From the human T2T-CHM13v2.0 reference genome, Homo sapiens: a stretch of DNA of 64,000 nucleotides. The stretch is taken from NCBI RefSeq assembly GCF_009914755.1, contig NC_060929.1. One strand, written 5' to 3'. Under the pieces are notes generated by a model. It ran no database searches. It worked only from the letters and a program-made list of their open reading frames with translations, and had not been told where the DNA came from. The translations under genes and the position numbers were made by a program. Below are positions 26,891 through 41,389 of this stretch, piece after piece; the stretch's first letter is position 1; each line of letters opens with the position of its first letter.

Positions 26891-27509
26891 TATTTTTAAA
26901 TGAAGGCTCTTAGGGATGATGTTTCCTGAGGGACCTTTATGACTGCTTCATTACTCTTTCAAGCTGCTTTTGAATTGAACCAGAGTTTGGTACATGTTGG
27001 ATTTGAATATCACCCATGGTAGCTCAAGCATGGGAGCTGCTTTCTACCACATTACTCATCATCAGGGGGTAATTTCTGAATTTACCACAGGTGCTGGGGA
27101 CTAACTTGGCCCTTTTAATCTACTGGTTCGTAATGAAGATTTAAGGAGAAGCCATTGCTCTTATTTAACTGGATGTACACACTAAATTTAGTGTAGTCAT
27201 TCCAATTGAAATTCAATAGAAAATGGATTGTTAAGTCAGAAAACTCAGTTGGAATAACTAAGAAGATAACAAAGCACATTGCTTTTATAATCTTTTGAAG
27301 TCGGGGGAGACAGATAGGTGAATGCACATGATAAGGACGGGGTCTTTGGCATCATTCTGCAGAGTCGGGCTGGGAAGCAGGCATACCCTGGCTATGACCT
27401 GCAGCTATGCTTTGGCAGCTCTGAGTACCTCCTGAGCTAGGTGCTTCCCTGGTGCCTTAGGATACTCCTCCCCAGCCTACCACAGGGCTCTTTCCATCTC
27501 ACATATCCT

Positions 27510-27630
27510 TCTGGAATATAAGCTTCTGCAGGGCAGGTGTGGTGCTGTTTCACATTTACTAGCATTTTGGCAGAGGGATTACACATGGTTAGTGCTCACT
27601 ACCTACTTTGAAACCAAGTAAATGGATAAA
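27510..27630 (+). mobile_element. L2 3' end fragment
   Basis: ATATAAGCTTCTGCAGGGCAGG...ACACATGGTTAGTGCTCA. Confidence 0.55.
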
Positions 27631-28859
27631 AGAAGCACACACAGGCACTCGTGCAAAACAGTTCCTCAGTGTTGTTGAGTGGTTCTTACCATAGCTCTTT
27701 CCATTATCCATTCACACAGTTATTTCATTATTAAGTTTGGTGTTCAGCTGGACCACTTGCATATTCTTCAGACATTTTGCTTTGGCTTTTAGACTCTTCT
27801 GGTTACAAGGAAGGATTTTGCATTCTACTTATGTTGTGAAAAAGCACACAGGTCCTGAAATGGAGCATGAAGCAGAGAAGCCTGTGGTAACCAAGGCTCC
27901 TGCCTCCTCATGATCATAACCTAGTTCTACTGACATCTGTGCTTTCCTCTGTGCACCTGCTCTGTCATTTTCTCTTCATAGCTACCTTGTCATTTGGGGC
28001 TCTGTTTCTGGTTATTTTGAGTTCCAGCTTGTCCTTACTCCTCAGGGCCCCAGTCCCACCTCCTGATTCTGATTTAACTCCATGGTCCTTTGACCTGAGC
28101 ATCTCAAATAACTTCCTCATTGGCTCAGGGATTTTTGCTTGCATTCTTGGGTGAACTTTTGATTGGATGACTCTATTTGGGAAATAGACACACTTTACCA
28201 GCCAACTTAGTGAATCTTTGCTCTAGGTTAGTTGCCAGCACTTATCCAATCAGTTGGGACCAGGAGGGGGTGGACATCCTCCCACAAGGACACACCTAAG
28301 GACTTCCAGGAAGGCAGAGGCTACAGCCTGTGTGTGAGCCCACTAGCACAGCTTTCAGCTCCCCATCTTACAGTTCGGACAGCAGCTTCCTCATTGTTCT
28401 ATGGGCTAGTAACATTTTTTTGTAGAGTGTGTCAGGTGCTAGAACCCAGCAAATAGTAAAGAGTTGATTTTATGCATTATTCATGATCAATTCCTAATTT
28501 TCATATTTGTAATTAGCATTTTTGACTTGGAGAGATTTCTTTGATTATTTGAAGTAAAAATCTCAGACTTCCCTGCTAATACATGTTAAGGATAAAAACT
28601 AAACCCACTAAATTTCTAATAACAAGTTAAGAAAGTGTCCCTTTATGAGACACTGCTCACCTATATGAATGCCATTTTCTTTATCAAAGAACCCTTTAAT
28701 CTGGCTATTGGTCATAATTAGACAAGGTAGAAACAATGTTACTGTGTTTCTTGAATAAAAATGTTTTTCATACTCCATTGTTTTTGCATTCTTAATGCCA
28801 AGAATGTTTTGAAGACAACTAATATATTTATTGAGATTTTTCCAATCTAGGAAGTACCT

Positions 28860-28975
28860 TAATTCACTCATTTGGTAAACATCTATTGAGCTGCCCCTAC
28901 GTACTGGACACTGTGCAGATGCTGGCAATGGATTGCTTATAGGATAGGCATACTCCTTGTCTTTATGGAGTTAAA
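28860..28975 (-). mobile_element. L2 3' end fragment
   Basis: ATTCACTCATTTGGTAAACATCTATTGAG...CTACGTACTGGACACTGTGC...CCTTGTCTTTATGGAG. Confidence 0.7.
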
Positions 28976-29516
28976 ACCCCGCATAAATAACCCAAGGAAA
29001 TAACAGAAAATGTTCACAAGGACAAAAGAAAAAAATGTGTGTCAAGCAGCATTGTTGATGGGTGCAAAATATATAAACATTCTATATGTTCAAAATTATG
29101 AGATTGGATAAGTAAATTATGGTTTCTCCAAACATGAAAATCCTCAGTCATTATTATAAATTGTGATATATCTCTATCTGCAGTGGCACTGAACAATGTT
29201 AATAATTTGTTAAGTCAAAAATAAATGGGTTACTCAATTGTATAATTTTATTTTGCTGAAAGTCTATGTGTGTATAAATGGCAAGGGAAGGAGCGATCTA
29301 AAGGTTTGACAATGTTTTTCTCTGAGTGGTAGAATCATATATGCTGTTTGTTCCATTTTCTCTTTTGGCCCATGTGTATTTACGATTTCTTCTACAAATA
29401 CATGGGCTAGTTGAGTTATATACCAACGGTAATATCAGAAAGATAAAACAAAAGTAGTAAATGCAGGCTGTGTATGAAGCATGATTTCAGCCCATACTAC
29501 CTTATCATAAAGGACT

Positions 29517-29879
29517 TGTTTTGGGCTGAATCGCGTCCCCACAAAATTCATATGTTGACGCCTGACCCCAGTACCTCAGAATGGGACTGTATTTGGAGAT
29601 AGGGTCTTTAAAGGGGTAATTAAGTTAGAATGAGGCCTTGAAGGTGGACCCTAAACCAATGTATCAGTTGTCTTTGTAAGAATAAAAGATCAAGACACAG
29701 ACATGCACCGAGGGATGACATGGAAAGACACAAGGAGGAGAAGCCGTGTGCAGGAAAAAGAGAGAGGCCTCTGAAGGAACCAGCCCTGGCAGTGCCTTGA
29801 TCTCACACTTGTGGCTTCCAGGACTGTGAGACAATCAATTTCCGTTGTTTACACCACCCAGTGGGAGGTTACCAACACA
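29517..29879 (+). mobile_element. MLT1B-like MaLR solo LTR
   Basis: TGTTTTGGGCTGAATCGCGTCCCC...AAATTCATATGTTGA...TATTTGGAGATAGGGTCTTTAAAG...CCTTGATCTC...TTCCAGGACTGTGAGACAAT. Confidence 0.88.
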
Positions 29880-32800
29880 GGATTGTACTTACTGACCCTT
29901 GAAACATCTTTCTACTAGACTTAGACCTTTACATTTCTTGTCCTATTTCAACCTCAAATCTACGATTTGAAGTTTATTATTACTTTCCTTTTACAGATAA
30001 ATAAATGAAAGCATCCAGAGGTAAATTCAACCAGATGATTTCCATCATTTCCCAGCCAGACCCCTGGGACTCAGGCCTTCAGTGCCAGCGTAGCAAGAAG
30101 CTCCCTTCTGCGTAGCACCTTCCCGGGGGAGATTTCCCCAGCCCCTTCCCTTCAGAATTATTCTTCTGATAACTCATTACTGCTAATGGCATCACCCAGT
30201 TCAATATAGTTTTTCCTGATTTTCAGTGTTTGTCTATAAGCTCTCCTTCTATCTAGTTAAGGCATTTGCATCTCCCCAAGATGTCCAGAAGAAAACCTAG
30301 TCGGCAGAGTGATAGTAAACATGTTTTTAGGAGGACTTTTTGCAGGACCTTTAGAATCACAGCTTACAAGCCAATTAAGGACATGCCTATATCCAGTCAC
30401 ACTTGGCATTGTTTGTTTTGTCTTTACACACCCCCACTGGTGTCACAGGCTTGTGACCCTGTCATTAAGTCACTCTGAATATCTTCCTCAATATAGAAGG
30501 TCACACTGGCTTCTAATAAGACCTAATTAACTATTCATTAGGGAAAATTCAGTGCAGCTCTAGATTTTAATATCTATAGTCCCCAGTAGTAGGAAATTTC
30601 TAACAGGCAGCCAAGTTGCCTTCATGAAACTCTGTTCTGGAGATATGAGCTCTGGAGTCAGGATCCTGTCCCCAGCACTAAAATAATAAGGTGCTCATGA
30701 GTATTCCAGCAATTCCAAAGTTGGAATATATCATAATGAACCAATTGAGATAGATCAATGCATCTGTTACCAATATGACAATGGTCTGTTATGGAATAAT
30801 ATCTTTCAGCGAAATTAGAAATGATAAGCATAACAGTCCTCTCTAAGAGGAGAGATGATTGCAAATTGTTCTAACAAAAATGATTTCTTTTCTATTTCAT
30901 GTGTAAGATGCCCATGAAGAGTCATGTTTCTCCCTCTGCCAATATTTTACCCAGCACAAGCACAGCTTCCCCCAAGAAAACTAGTAAAAGCTATCAAGAC
31001 CAGAATTGCATCCTAACTTTTATTGTGTGGGTTGCCAAAGGCCAGTGGGTTTCTATTGTGCAGAAACAAGATGGCAACAATGTTCTCGCAATTGGAGTTC
31101 ACATGACAAGCCCGCTAATTTATAGGTGAGGGGAGTTGTGTGCAGCTGTAGCTCTTTGGCTGATAATAGCTGTGCTGATCTTCCACCTTGGGGGCAGGTT
31201 GCCTCATATGGTGCAGCAGTCCGATGCTAAGCGACAGGAGCAGAGGTGCAATGCTCGGCCATAATTTAAAGGACTATGACATGAAGAAAGTGTTATGATG
31301 TTTAACTTATAGGGCATCCAAATGTCGTAGACCCAAGCAAGTTCCTATTAGCAATAACTCAGGTCCTCTGAAGGGATTTGACATTCAAAACTGATGAGCC
31401 CTGGTCCCCGGGGTCTGCTCCGACCTAGCCTCGCCCAGGCCACTCGGTAACCTGAGTGGCCCAGGGGTCAAACCGTGATAGCCCTCTTCAATTTAAAGAG
31501 CGGCTTCTCCCCGGCTGCTGGGGTTCCGACTCGGCACAATAAATTTCCCAAAGAGCATAAAGAGCCATCTAGTGTATATCAGATCAATATCATTGTGGCT
31601 TGCAGCGATATCTGAGGCTACAGTTCACAAAATAAACTAGCCCAGGGGCTGGATTTCTGCCCTTGGCAATCAATCAGCCTCCCGGGTCATGGATTTTAGT
31701 GTAAATTAACACAGCAGAAACCATCATGCTCCCCAGACGATGATACAATACAGGATTTGCTTTTTCTTCCAACGCAATTTCATTGCTTATGTTCAGAGGT
31801 GATGTTACACTAAAGAGAAATAATAAAAGCAGTGATTAAGAAAGCGGTAGAAATCGTAAAGTAAAACATTAATATTCTTCTGACAAATATACATAAAGTA
31901 TGTTAAACTAGGTAAACAGTTATGGAGCATGAGGAAAGAATATAATTGCATGGAACCTATTCAAGTATATAAGACTTTCTTAAATTGACGTCCGGTAAAT
32001 AGTACTAATTATATCAGATTACTGCATACGAGTAATGGAAAAATGTATATTTTGTAAGGGTGTTCCTCCCAGTTTTCAAAGGCACTCCATATCTATGAGG
32101 GGACCAATGGATGTACCCTTGAAACACCTTTAAATAAGACACAGTGCATCCCCCCAGCTTACAACACAACCCCTGCCATAGTCTCTCAATTTGGAAAATG
32201 TCTATTCATTGCTGTCTCTTCTTCTTTGTTGAGAAGGGGAAAGTTATCTTTTCCTTTAGTAAAAGGCACATAAGTATTCCATAGAATAATTTAAAATGTA
32301 GAATTTCATATGCAGACTCACAAACAAAATTAGGTTTTAGGGAAAAAAATCTTGCAGTTTATAGAAAACTTTGCAAACATAGAGGTTGGTTTGAGAAAGA
32401 TGAGTCATCTGCATTTTATTTATTTTGAAGGAATGAAACAGATTATCACACACCTCGACATACTTTTTATAGCATTATACAGTCTGTCAAATCAAATTGC
32501 CCATATACAGTGTGATGCATAGTGCATTTTTCCTATAGCTTAGAAGACATAATATCTGCTCTTGGATCAATATCAAAATAGGATATGAATATTTCAATTA
32601 ATACTTTGCATATTAGCATATTTTGTAACTTATTAAAATGCACACTAGTGGCAAGATTGCACATCACTGTTGCAAATTGGATACAGGCCACTAAGTTACT
32701 AGTTCAGGTGCAAAGTGACCCTCCCTCCAGTTTTTCAAAAACGAGTGGAGAGGAATGTATACTGTCCTTACGTCAAAGTTTCTTGACTTCTTGACTATCT

Positions 32801-33019
32801 GGTGTGTGGAGAGTGTGAACATTAACATAAGGCATTATTTTTATTATTGTAAAGTTTAGAAGCGGAAGTGTAATTAAAGCCTTAAATCAAAAGGTGATTT
32901 TTTTTTTTCACATTGTGGCAATATGTGTCTGGTGTTGTCTTGGACAAAGCCATATTTCTAACACAAATGTAATGTAGCTGAAAATTATTGAAACTGTCTT
33001 AAAATAAAGCAAATAATAA

Positions 33020-36000
33020 TAATAAAATAGAACAAAAACCTATGCAATGCAGCAAAGGTAGTTCTAAGAAGAAAGTTAATAGCAGTAAACACCTAAATCA
33101 AAAAAGAAGAAATATTTCTAATAAACAAGGCAATGATGCACTTGAAGGAAAAAAAAAAAGAACAAACTAAATCCAAATTCGGTAGAAGAAAAGAAATAGT
33201 AAGCCTCAGAGCAGAAATAAACAAAATAGAGACTAAAAAATCAATTCAAAAGATTAATAAAACAAAGTTGGTTTTTGAAAAATATAAGCCAAATCAACAA
33301 ACTTTTAGTTAGACTAAGAAAAAAGAGAGAAGACTCAAATAATACAATCAGACATGAAAAAGCCATTGCAACTATCAGGTGTATACCACAGAAATACAAA
33401 GGATTGTAAAAGACTTATGAACAAATACATGCCAACAAATTTGATAAACTTAGAGGAAATGAATAAATTTCTAGAAACATACAACCTACCAAGATTAAAT
33501 TATAAATAAATAGAAAATCTGAACAAACCCAAACAAGTGAGAACATTGAATCAGTTAAAACAAAAAAAAAAAGTCTCCTATTAAAGAAAAACCCAGGACC
33601 TGATGGCTTCTCTGGCGAACTCTATCAAACATTTAAAGAAAAACTAACACCAGTTCTTCTCAAACATTTCCAGAAGACAGAAGAGTAGAAAATACTCTCA
33701 AACACATTTAATGAGACCAGCATTACCTTGATTTTTAAAACTGGACAAGGACACAACAACAACTACAAAAAACTCTAGGCCAATATTCCTAAGGAACATA
33801 AATGCAAACATCCCCAAATGAGATCCTAGCTAACTGAATCCAACAGCACATCAAAAAAATCATTCACTATGATCAAGTGGTATTCCTCTCATGGATGGAA
33901 AGGCAGTTTAACTTACACAAATCAAAAAATATGATCTACCCCATTAACAGAAAGACAAAAATTGTACGATCATTTCAATAGATGCAGAAAAAAGAATCTT
34001 ACAAAATTCAAAATTTCTTCTTAATAAAAATTCTCAGCAAATTGCATATAGGAAATATATACCTCAACACAATAAAGGTCATATATGGCAAACCCACAGC
34101 TAATATCATACTGAAAAAGCTTCCACCTTCCAACTTCTTCCTCTAAGATTGTTAGTTTGAGAAAGATCCCCACTTTCACTGCTTTTATTAAACATAGATC
34201 TGAAAGTCCTAGCCTGAGCAGTAAGACAAGAGAAAGAAATAAAAGGCATCCAGATTAAAAAGAAGGACGACAAATAGTCCCTGTTTGCAAACGGCATAAT
34301 CTTACATATAGAAAACTCTAAAGATTCCACCAAGAAACTGTTAGAACGAATAAATAAATTCAGTAAAGTTGCAGGATGCAAAAGCAACATACAAAGAATT
34401 AATAGGGTTTTTATATACGTTTTAATAGTGAACTATCTAAAAAAAGAAATTTAAAAAAATACTATCCACAGTAGCTACAAAAAAAATACCTGGGAATAAA
34501 TTTAACTGAAGAGATTAATCATCTCTACAATGAAAACTGTAAAACACTGATAAAAAGTAACTGATGAAGACACAAACAATTGCAGGATGTCTCATTTTCA
34601 TGAATTTTTAGTAATAAGCTTAAAATGTCCAGACTACCCAAAGTGATCAACAGATTCAATGTAATCCCTACCAAAATTTCAATGACATTCTTCAGAGAAA
34701 TAGATAACATTTCAAAAATTTGTGTGAAACCACAAAAGATCATGAAAAACCAAAACAGTCAAGAACAAAAAGAACGAAGTCAGAGGCATCACACTATCAG
34801 ACTTCAAAATATACCACAAAGCTATAGTAACCAAAACAGCATGGTACTGGTATAAAAATAGACACATAGATAAATAGAACAGAATAGGGAGGCCAGAAAT
34901 ACATTTATGCACCTATAGCCAACTGATTTTCAATAAAGATTCCAAGAACACACATTAAAAACAGTCTCTTCAATAAATGCATCAAGGAGAATTGGATATT
35001 CATATGAAGAAGAATAAGACTAGACCCCTACCTCTGGCCATATAAAAAAAAAAACAAACCTAAAATGTATGAAAGACCTAAAGGTAAACTCCAAAACTAT
35101 GAAACTACTGGAGGAAAACAAAGGAGAAACTGCACAATATTGGGCTGAGCAAATATTTTCTGAATAAGATCTAAAGAGCACAAACAAAAGCAAAATGTAC
35201 AAATGAAATTCTATCAAACTAAAATGCTCTTACAGAGCAAAGGAAATTATTAACGGAGTAAAGAGGTATGGGAGAAAATATTTGCAAACTATACATCCAA
35301 TATTAAACTATACATTCTAGATTAATACTCAACATACATAAGAAACCTAAATGTCTCAACAAAAAAATAAGAAGAACCCTATTAATAAGTGGGCAAAAGA
35401 CCTTCATAGACACTTCTCAAAAGAATACATTCAAATGGCCAACATGTACATGAAAGATTATTCAATAGCACTAATTATCAGGGAAATTCAAGTGAAAACC
35501 ACAATGAGGTATTATCTCCCCCCAGTTAGAATGGCTGTTACCAAAAAGACAAAGGAAAATAAGTGTTGGCAAGGATGTGAAGACTACAAAACACTTAATG
35601 CACTATTAGTGGTAGTGTAAACTAGTACAGTCATTATGGAAAACAGTTTGCAGGTTTCTCAAAAAATTAAAAATAGAACTATCACTTGATTCAGGAATCT
35701 TTCTACTGGGTATATATCCAAGAGAAAGAAAATCAGCACATTGAAGAAATATCTGCACTCCCATATTTCTTGAAGCACTATTTACAACAGCCAAATATGG
35801 AATCAGTCCAATTGTTCAACAATGAATAACAGTATAGAGAATGTGGTAAATATCTGCAATGGAATACTATTCAGTCATAAAAAAGAGTTAAATGTTGTCA
35901 TTTGAAACAACATGGATGAACTGAGAGGACATACTATTAAGTGAAATAAATCAGACACAGAAAGACAAATACTGCATGATCTCACACATACACTGAATAT

Positions 36001-36380
36001 TTTTTAAAAAGCTGATGAAGTAGAAGTGGCAGTAGTGGGGACCACAGATTGGGGCGGAAATAAGGAAAAGCAGGATGGAGAGAGGTTGGACAAAGGGTAC
36101 AAAGTTACAATTGATCAGGAGGAATGCCTTTTGGTGTTCTATTGAATAGTAGGGTGATTTTGATTAACAGTAAAATATTTTACATTACAAAATCATTAGA
36201 AAAATGCTTTTGAACATTCTCCTCACAAATAAATGATAAATGCATGAGATGCTAAATATGCTAATTACCCTAATTGGATCATTATATAACATAGACGTGT
36301 ATCAAAACATTAAATTTTATCCCATAAATATATACAGTTACAATGCGTCAATTAAAAAATACATACAAAATTAAAAAAAA
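33020..36380 (+). mobile_element. L1MA-type (MA4-MA6-like) LINE-1, 5'-truncated, disabled ORF2 plus 3' UTR
   Basis: ORF2 remnants (CCCAGGACCTGATGGCTTC; LPKVINRFNVIPTKI; NPINKWAKDLHRHFSKE; CWQGCE) with many stops and frameshifts; L1MA 3' UTR GGGTACAAAGTTACA...CCCATAAATATATACA and A tail. Confidence 0.93.
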
Positions 36381-37405
36381 AGAATACACAAATTGCAACA
36401 ACTAGAGCCCAATGACAGAAGAGCATTTTGGTCTGCAGCTCTTCATAAGTTGAAGGGAAATAGGCTGTACACTTTATCAATAGCACTGTAGTTCTCAATG
36501 AGAGTCTTCTTAACCATTTGTGCCCATATTTAACCCCCTTAGCCATGCTGACCTTATTTGTTTGGCTTGTTTTGGGGCTGAAGGGTCACAGTAAAAGGTA
36601 CATGCTACAGGAGGCCACGCTTTGGCCAGCTCAAATTAGAAGCTGAGTTTTGAAAGTAATGCCTTGAACAGCTTAATCTTGGTAGTAGACACACATGTGG
36701 GTGAGCTTTTGTTCCAAAATAGTCTATGAACCATGTCAATGCAAATGGAATTTTCTTAAAACAGACAAGTTTAATGACAAGGATTCTAAAAACTAAGAAA
36801 AAAAACATGGTGCAAAATTCATACTTACAGGCAACCTCTCCTTACTCAATTGAATCACAGAGCAAGGTTTTGGACTTAATTCCAAGTTAGGTGCTGGAAT
36901 GGAGCAAGACTAAAGCTAAATAAGTCCTAGCCATCAACAAGGATTTCTGTTTCCAAGGCTCAGTAAAACAAGGTCCTATGGGTCTTTGTCAGGTACATAC
37001 CCACGAAGAGGCACTGTGACGAAGAGACTTCACCCATCTTTGGTTTAGACTTCTCACCTTTTTAAACATGAGAAGCCCAACAGCAGTGGGATTGCAGCCC
37101 ATACCATTGTTCCAGTTGGGAATTTTTCCCCTTGCTGCTGCTTGAAAGAATAAAGAGAACACAAAATTGTTGCTATGCACCTTCAAAACTGTGGGTTGTT
37201 GCTCTCTGTTCAACATCTTAACCCAACAACTAACTTGAGTAATTGTTTTTATCTCAGTTGATTGCCCATAATAGCGATTTTGGTGCTGTGTAGATAGCTT
37301 CAGTGGAAAATGCCAGCCAAATGAGTTCTTAGTATAATGTAGATCAAACAATTGGCTGATTGATTGGAGGAAACACTATTTTTATTGTTTTGTAACAGTA
37401 ATTTT

Positions 37406-37706
<301 letters not shown>

Positions 37707-38229
37707 AACAGCAATTTTGGCATCGGTAATGTTAAATGATAACACTTGGAATTTCCAATAGAAAGCCATATAGCATGACCAGTAACTGTCAGAAAACATA
37801 TTGGACCAAGAATTGTGTCAAACACACATTTTCATTTTATAACAAGATTCTGAAAAGTCCTTGGAATTAAATATTTTCTTTTATATAAGGCACATGTCAT
37901 GCAGAATACATCTAGTTATCCTTGTGAGTTTTCTAGTTTATGGAAGCAGTAGCATAAAAGTCTTTTTGCATGTAAGATGCAGGAGGTGGTCGTCACCAAG
38001 GCTAGGACAGCATCTTGTCCAAGAGACTAACTGATGAGTTAAGAAGTAGGTAAGGGAGCAAGTGGTCCTGGAGGGATCGGTAAGAGGCTTGGGAGAACGT
38101 GATCAAACAGGGAAGAGTCCTGCAAGTACTCAGCTGCTAAAACGTATAGGAAAAGCGATTGAAAGGCCACGATTAGCAGGAGATTCTTAAGAACGAAGGA
38201 ATGTGGGTCAAGAAACATAGGATGGCAAA

Positions 38230-39165
38230 CACTCAACATCCTCACATCCTTCCACATCTGAATCCCAGCAGCTGCCCTAGAAATTGTATCTATTCCTCCA
38301 TATTCTACATCCAGAACTTCAAGAAATCTCGCTGGACCCACCCTTAAAATATGCTTAGAACCCACCTGCTGCCCTCCACCTCTACTGCCCTCCACCTCTG
38401 CTGCCCTCCACCTGCTGCCCTCCACCTCTGCTGCCCTCCACCTGCTTCCCTCCACCTGCTGCCCTCAACCTGCTGCCCTCTGCTTGCTGCCATGGCCTCT
38501 CCTGAACCTCCATTTCCCTTTGTCTGTACCCTCTAGCCATCCTCTGCTATTCTGACATCTCACTTGCCCTTTGGGAGGCTATTATCAGTGTGGTATGCAG
38601 AGTAAGCCTAGTAAAATGTGGGTCAGATGTGATTCTGTGTCGCTCCAACTCTGCAGTGGTTTTCTCTTGGATTCTCTGCTGTGGGCCCCATGATCAGGTG
38701 TCCTGTGACTTTCCCTGGCTCACAAGATTCTAGCCACATTTTCTCCCTTGCAGTTTCTCAAGTGTAACAGGTGTGGTTTCCCTTTTGGTCTTTGCACTGA
38801 CCCTTTCCTCCATGAAAATGTTTCTCCCCCAGATAACTTCATGATTAATTCCTTCACCTCCTTCACTTCCTTTCTCAGCAAGGTCCACACCACCCGTCCA
38901 ATTTAAAATTGTTGTACATCCCTTCTCCAGTCCCAGTCACTCTGGTGTCCCATTTCTTCACAAAGCTTCCAACTCCTAACATGAGAAAGCATTTGCTTAT
39001 CTACCGTGTTGTCGGTGGCTATCTGAGCCCTCCAGAAAGTAAACTCACTGTGGCCAGAGATCTTTTCATGATTTTTCCATTGATGGATCCCAAAGTCTTC
39101 AATAATATCTGATGTATGGTAGGGGCTCAAAGAATATTGGCAGAATTCAAAAATGATGGAATGAT
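38230..39165 (+). mobile_element. L2a/b 3' region interrupted by a minisatellite
   Basis: CCCTTAAAATATGCTTAGAA, GGGTCAGATGTG, TCTAGCCACAT, CTTTGCACTG, TTCTCCCCCAGAT, GTAAACTC, GTAGGGGCTCAAAGAATATTGGCAGAAT. Confidence 0.7.
38362..38479. repeat. GC-rich minisatellite, 8 units of 14/16 bp CCACCT(CT)GCTGCCCT
   Basis: Units start at 38362, 38376, 38392, 38408, 38422, 38438, 38452, 38466. Confidence 0.93.
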
Positions 39166-39779
39166 TGACAAATATGCTTTTTGAGAAAAATGAGAGAGGC
39201 GGCCTGCTGTTGCAGAGTCAACCGGCTCCACGTTTCTGTTAGACTTAATGGGACATCAGCTGGCCCAGAGGCTGAAGGCACCGAAAGCCAAGCACAGTTG
39301 GCTCCATGCTGGGTAGTGGTGTGTGGAGCAAATGTCCTTGGTGTTTCTTACTTTATTAACAGGGGTACTGTTCAAGATAGGAAACTTCGTAAATAATGAC
39401 TCCTCCTACAACGTCTCTTATTTTAAACTTGGAATGACTTGAGGAGGTCAGACATGCGCATTGTGGGGCATTGCTAAACCGTATATGGCTGTGTGCATAT
39501 GGCTTTTCCCATTAAGGTATTTATAGTTGGAGATAAAGAAAAAATATTCTACGAAAATAATAAGTAATTTCATTTTAGCAAACTGGCCATTTTGGTTTTC
39601 ATTAAAAACAAGATGCTCAGGTTAATATGACATCATCTCTATTTACCACATTGTTTCAAGTCTTCCATTTGGAAAAACTGTAAGGATAAAGAGTATCACC
39701 AGGAAAGCTTCTATTTTATTATATTATTTTATTTATTCATAAAAATCGGCACAACCAATTTATGATAATTTTCACATAT

Positions 39780-40128
39780 TGTCTTAGTTCATTCAGGATG
39801 CCATGGCAAAACACCATAAACTGGGTGCTTCATGAATCACAGAAATTCATTTTTCCTAGCTCTGGAGGCTGGAAATTCAAGGCGATGCCATCATCTAATG
39901 TGATGTCTGGTGTGGGCCAGTTTCTTGGCACATAGATGGGACCTTCTGGCTGTGTCTTCACAAGGTGGAAAGGGCAAGAGAAATTTCTGGGCTTCTTTCA
40001 TAAGGTCACTAATTCCATTCATGAGGGCAGAGCCCTCCCAAAGGCCCCACATCCTAATACCATCACCCTGTAGGTGGGGATTTCAACATAGGAACTCAGA
40101 GAGAGGCACAAACACTCAGACTATAGCA
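39780..40128 (-). mobile_element. MLT1A/MLT1A0-like MaLR solo LTR
   Basis: TGTCTTAGTTCATTCAGG...CTCTGGAGGCTGGAAATTCAAG...CATTCATGAGGGCAGAGCCCTC...ATTTCAACATAG...CAGACTATAGCA. Confidence 0.9.
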
Positions 40129-41389
40129 CTACAAAGTTCTTGATCAGGCAGTCATGCAATATTTCAACAGGAAGATGAAAGCTACACAATTAAGCAGGTC
40201 AGTCCTTTATTTTCATGATGCCAAGCCCATTTGAATTACTTTTAATATATTCATTTACCTATTTTGATATCAGGAAGAAAGGATCTCTCATTTGGAGCTC
40301 TTATTTTTAATCTGGAAGAAATATATAGAAACCCTGACAGGTACACAGTATCGATAAAGCAGCCAGGCGACACTTTCCTGTACAAAGTGATGATGGCACC
40401 ATCTGGATTCAGCTTATTTGTTTTTGCACAGAATGTCATAGTTTCCAAATTTCTTGCTAAAAATATTTATACATTAACTTAACATAATTAGGAAATCACT
40501 GAGCGGAAACATTACATAGGTTGGCTTTCATTATAATTTCTGCATAATAATGCTTATATTTTCTAGGTAGTAATTAGATGCATTAAGGATGAATGATTCC
40601 TTCCATGCTTATTGAGGTTTTTTTTTTCTTCTAAATTTGTGTCAAGGGTCACCTGCTGTGGGGAACAATGAATGTCACCAAGAAAGACAGCAGATAAAAG
40701 CTTCTGAAATGAATCAGTGGTCATAGACCAAAAATTTGGATTTTTAAAGTATCCAAGCAGAATACTGATAGAGCAGAATCTTAAATCTATGTATTACTTG
40801 TACTGAGAGAAAATAAAATAAGCATATGGATTTACTACCATAAATACAAGTTTGGATGAATCAAGTATGTAATTGATATCACAGATATAGAATTACCAGC
40901 CTAGTTTCAATACAAAGGTAGAAGTTAACAAAGGCTTTTGTTTTAATCTTGATTATTTTTAATCTGGATTATTTTGTGGTTCTTATTGAGCTGCCTAGAT
41001 CTTCTGAGTCTCAATTACCCCCTCACGTCATGGGATGTTATAATCTCTTCATTTTATTCAAACTAGAAAATGTCTGATAGTTTATAATACTTGCATTGTT
41101 TTATAATCTTTATGTGGATAATTATTTAAATATATATCAGAGCATCTTGGTTATTAACTTTTTTCAGTCTTCTTTTTAGGAATATTCATGTCCATTTTCT
41201 TTGTCTTGAATTCACTGCATGCAATTCATATAATTACATTAATCTCTTTGAAACTGAGTTTTCATTAATAGTTGAGCCCCAATTTTCTGAAGAGTCTCTT
41301 CAAAATTCAATCTCTTCTCTCTTACCCATCTGACAGACAAAACATATTATTTGGAAAAATCATTTAAAATAGCATTCCAAGAATAAAAT

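Noticed and set aside
31391-31473. CTGATGA followed by a CCCTGG...CCAGGG stem, suggesting a hammerhead ribozyme or C/D snoRNA
   Set aside because: The required GAAA is absent (sequence reads GTCAAAC), stems I and III are not evident, and there is no terminal stem for a C/D snoRNA
34106-35794. ORFs with L1 ORF2-like peptides
   Set aside because: Fragments of a dead L1MA with many stops and frameshifts
38362-38479. Repeat array as CRISPR-like
   Set aside because: No unique spacers, eukaryotic context and no cas genes
38039-38536. Repetitive ORFs (EGSRWRAAEV / LHLCCPPPA)
   Set aside because: Produced by the 14/16-bp minisatellite
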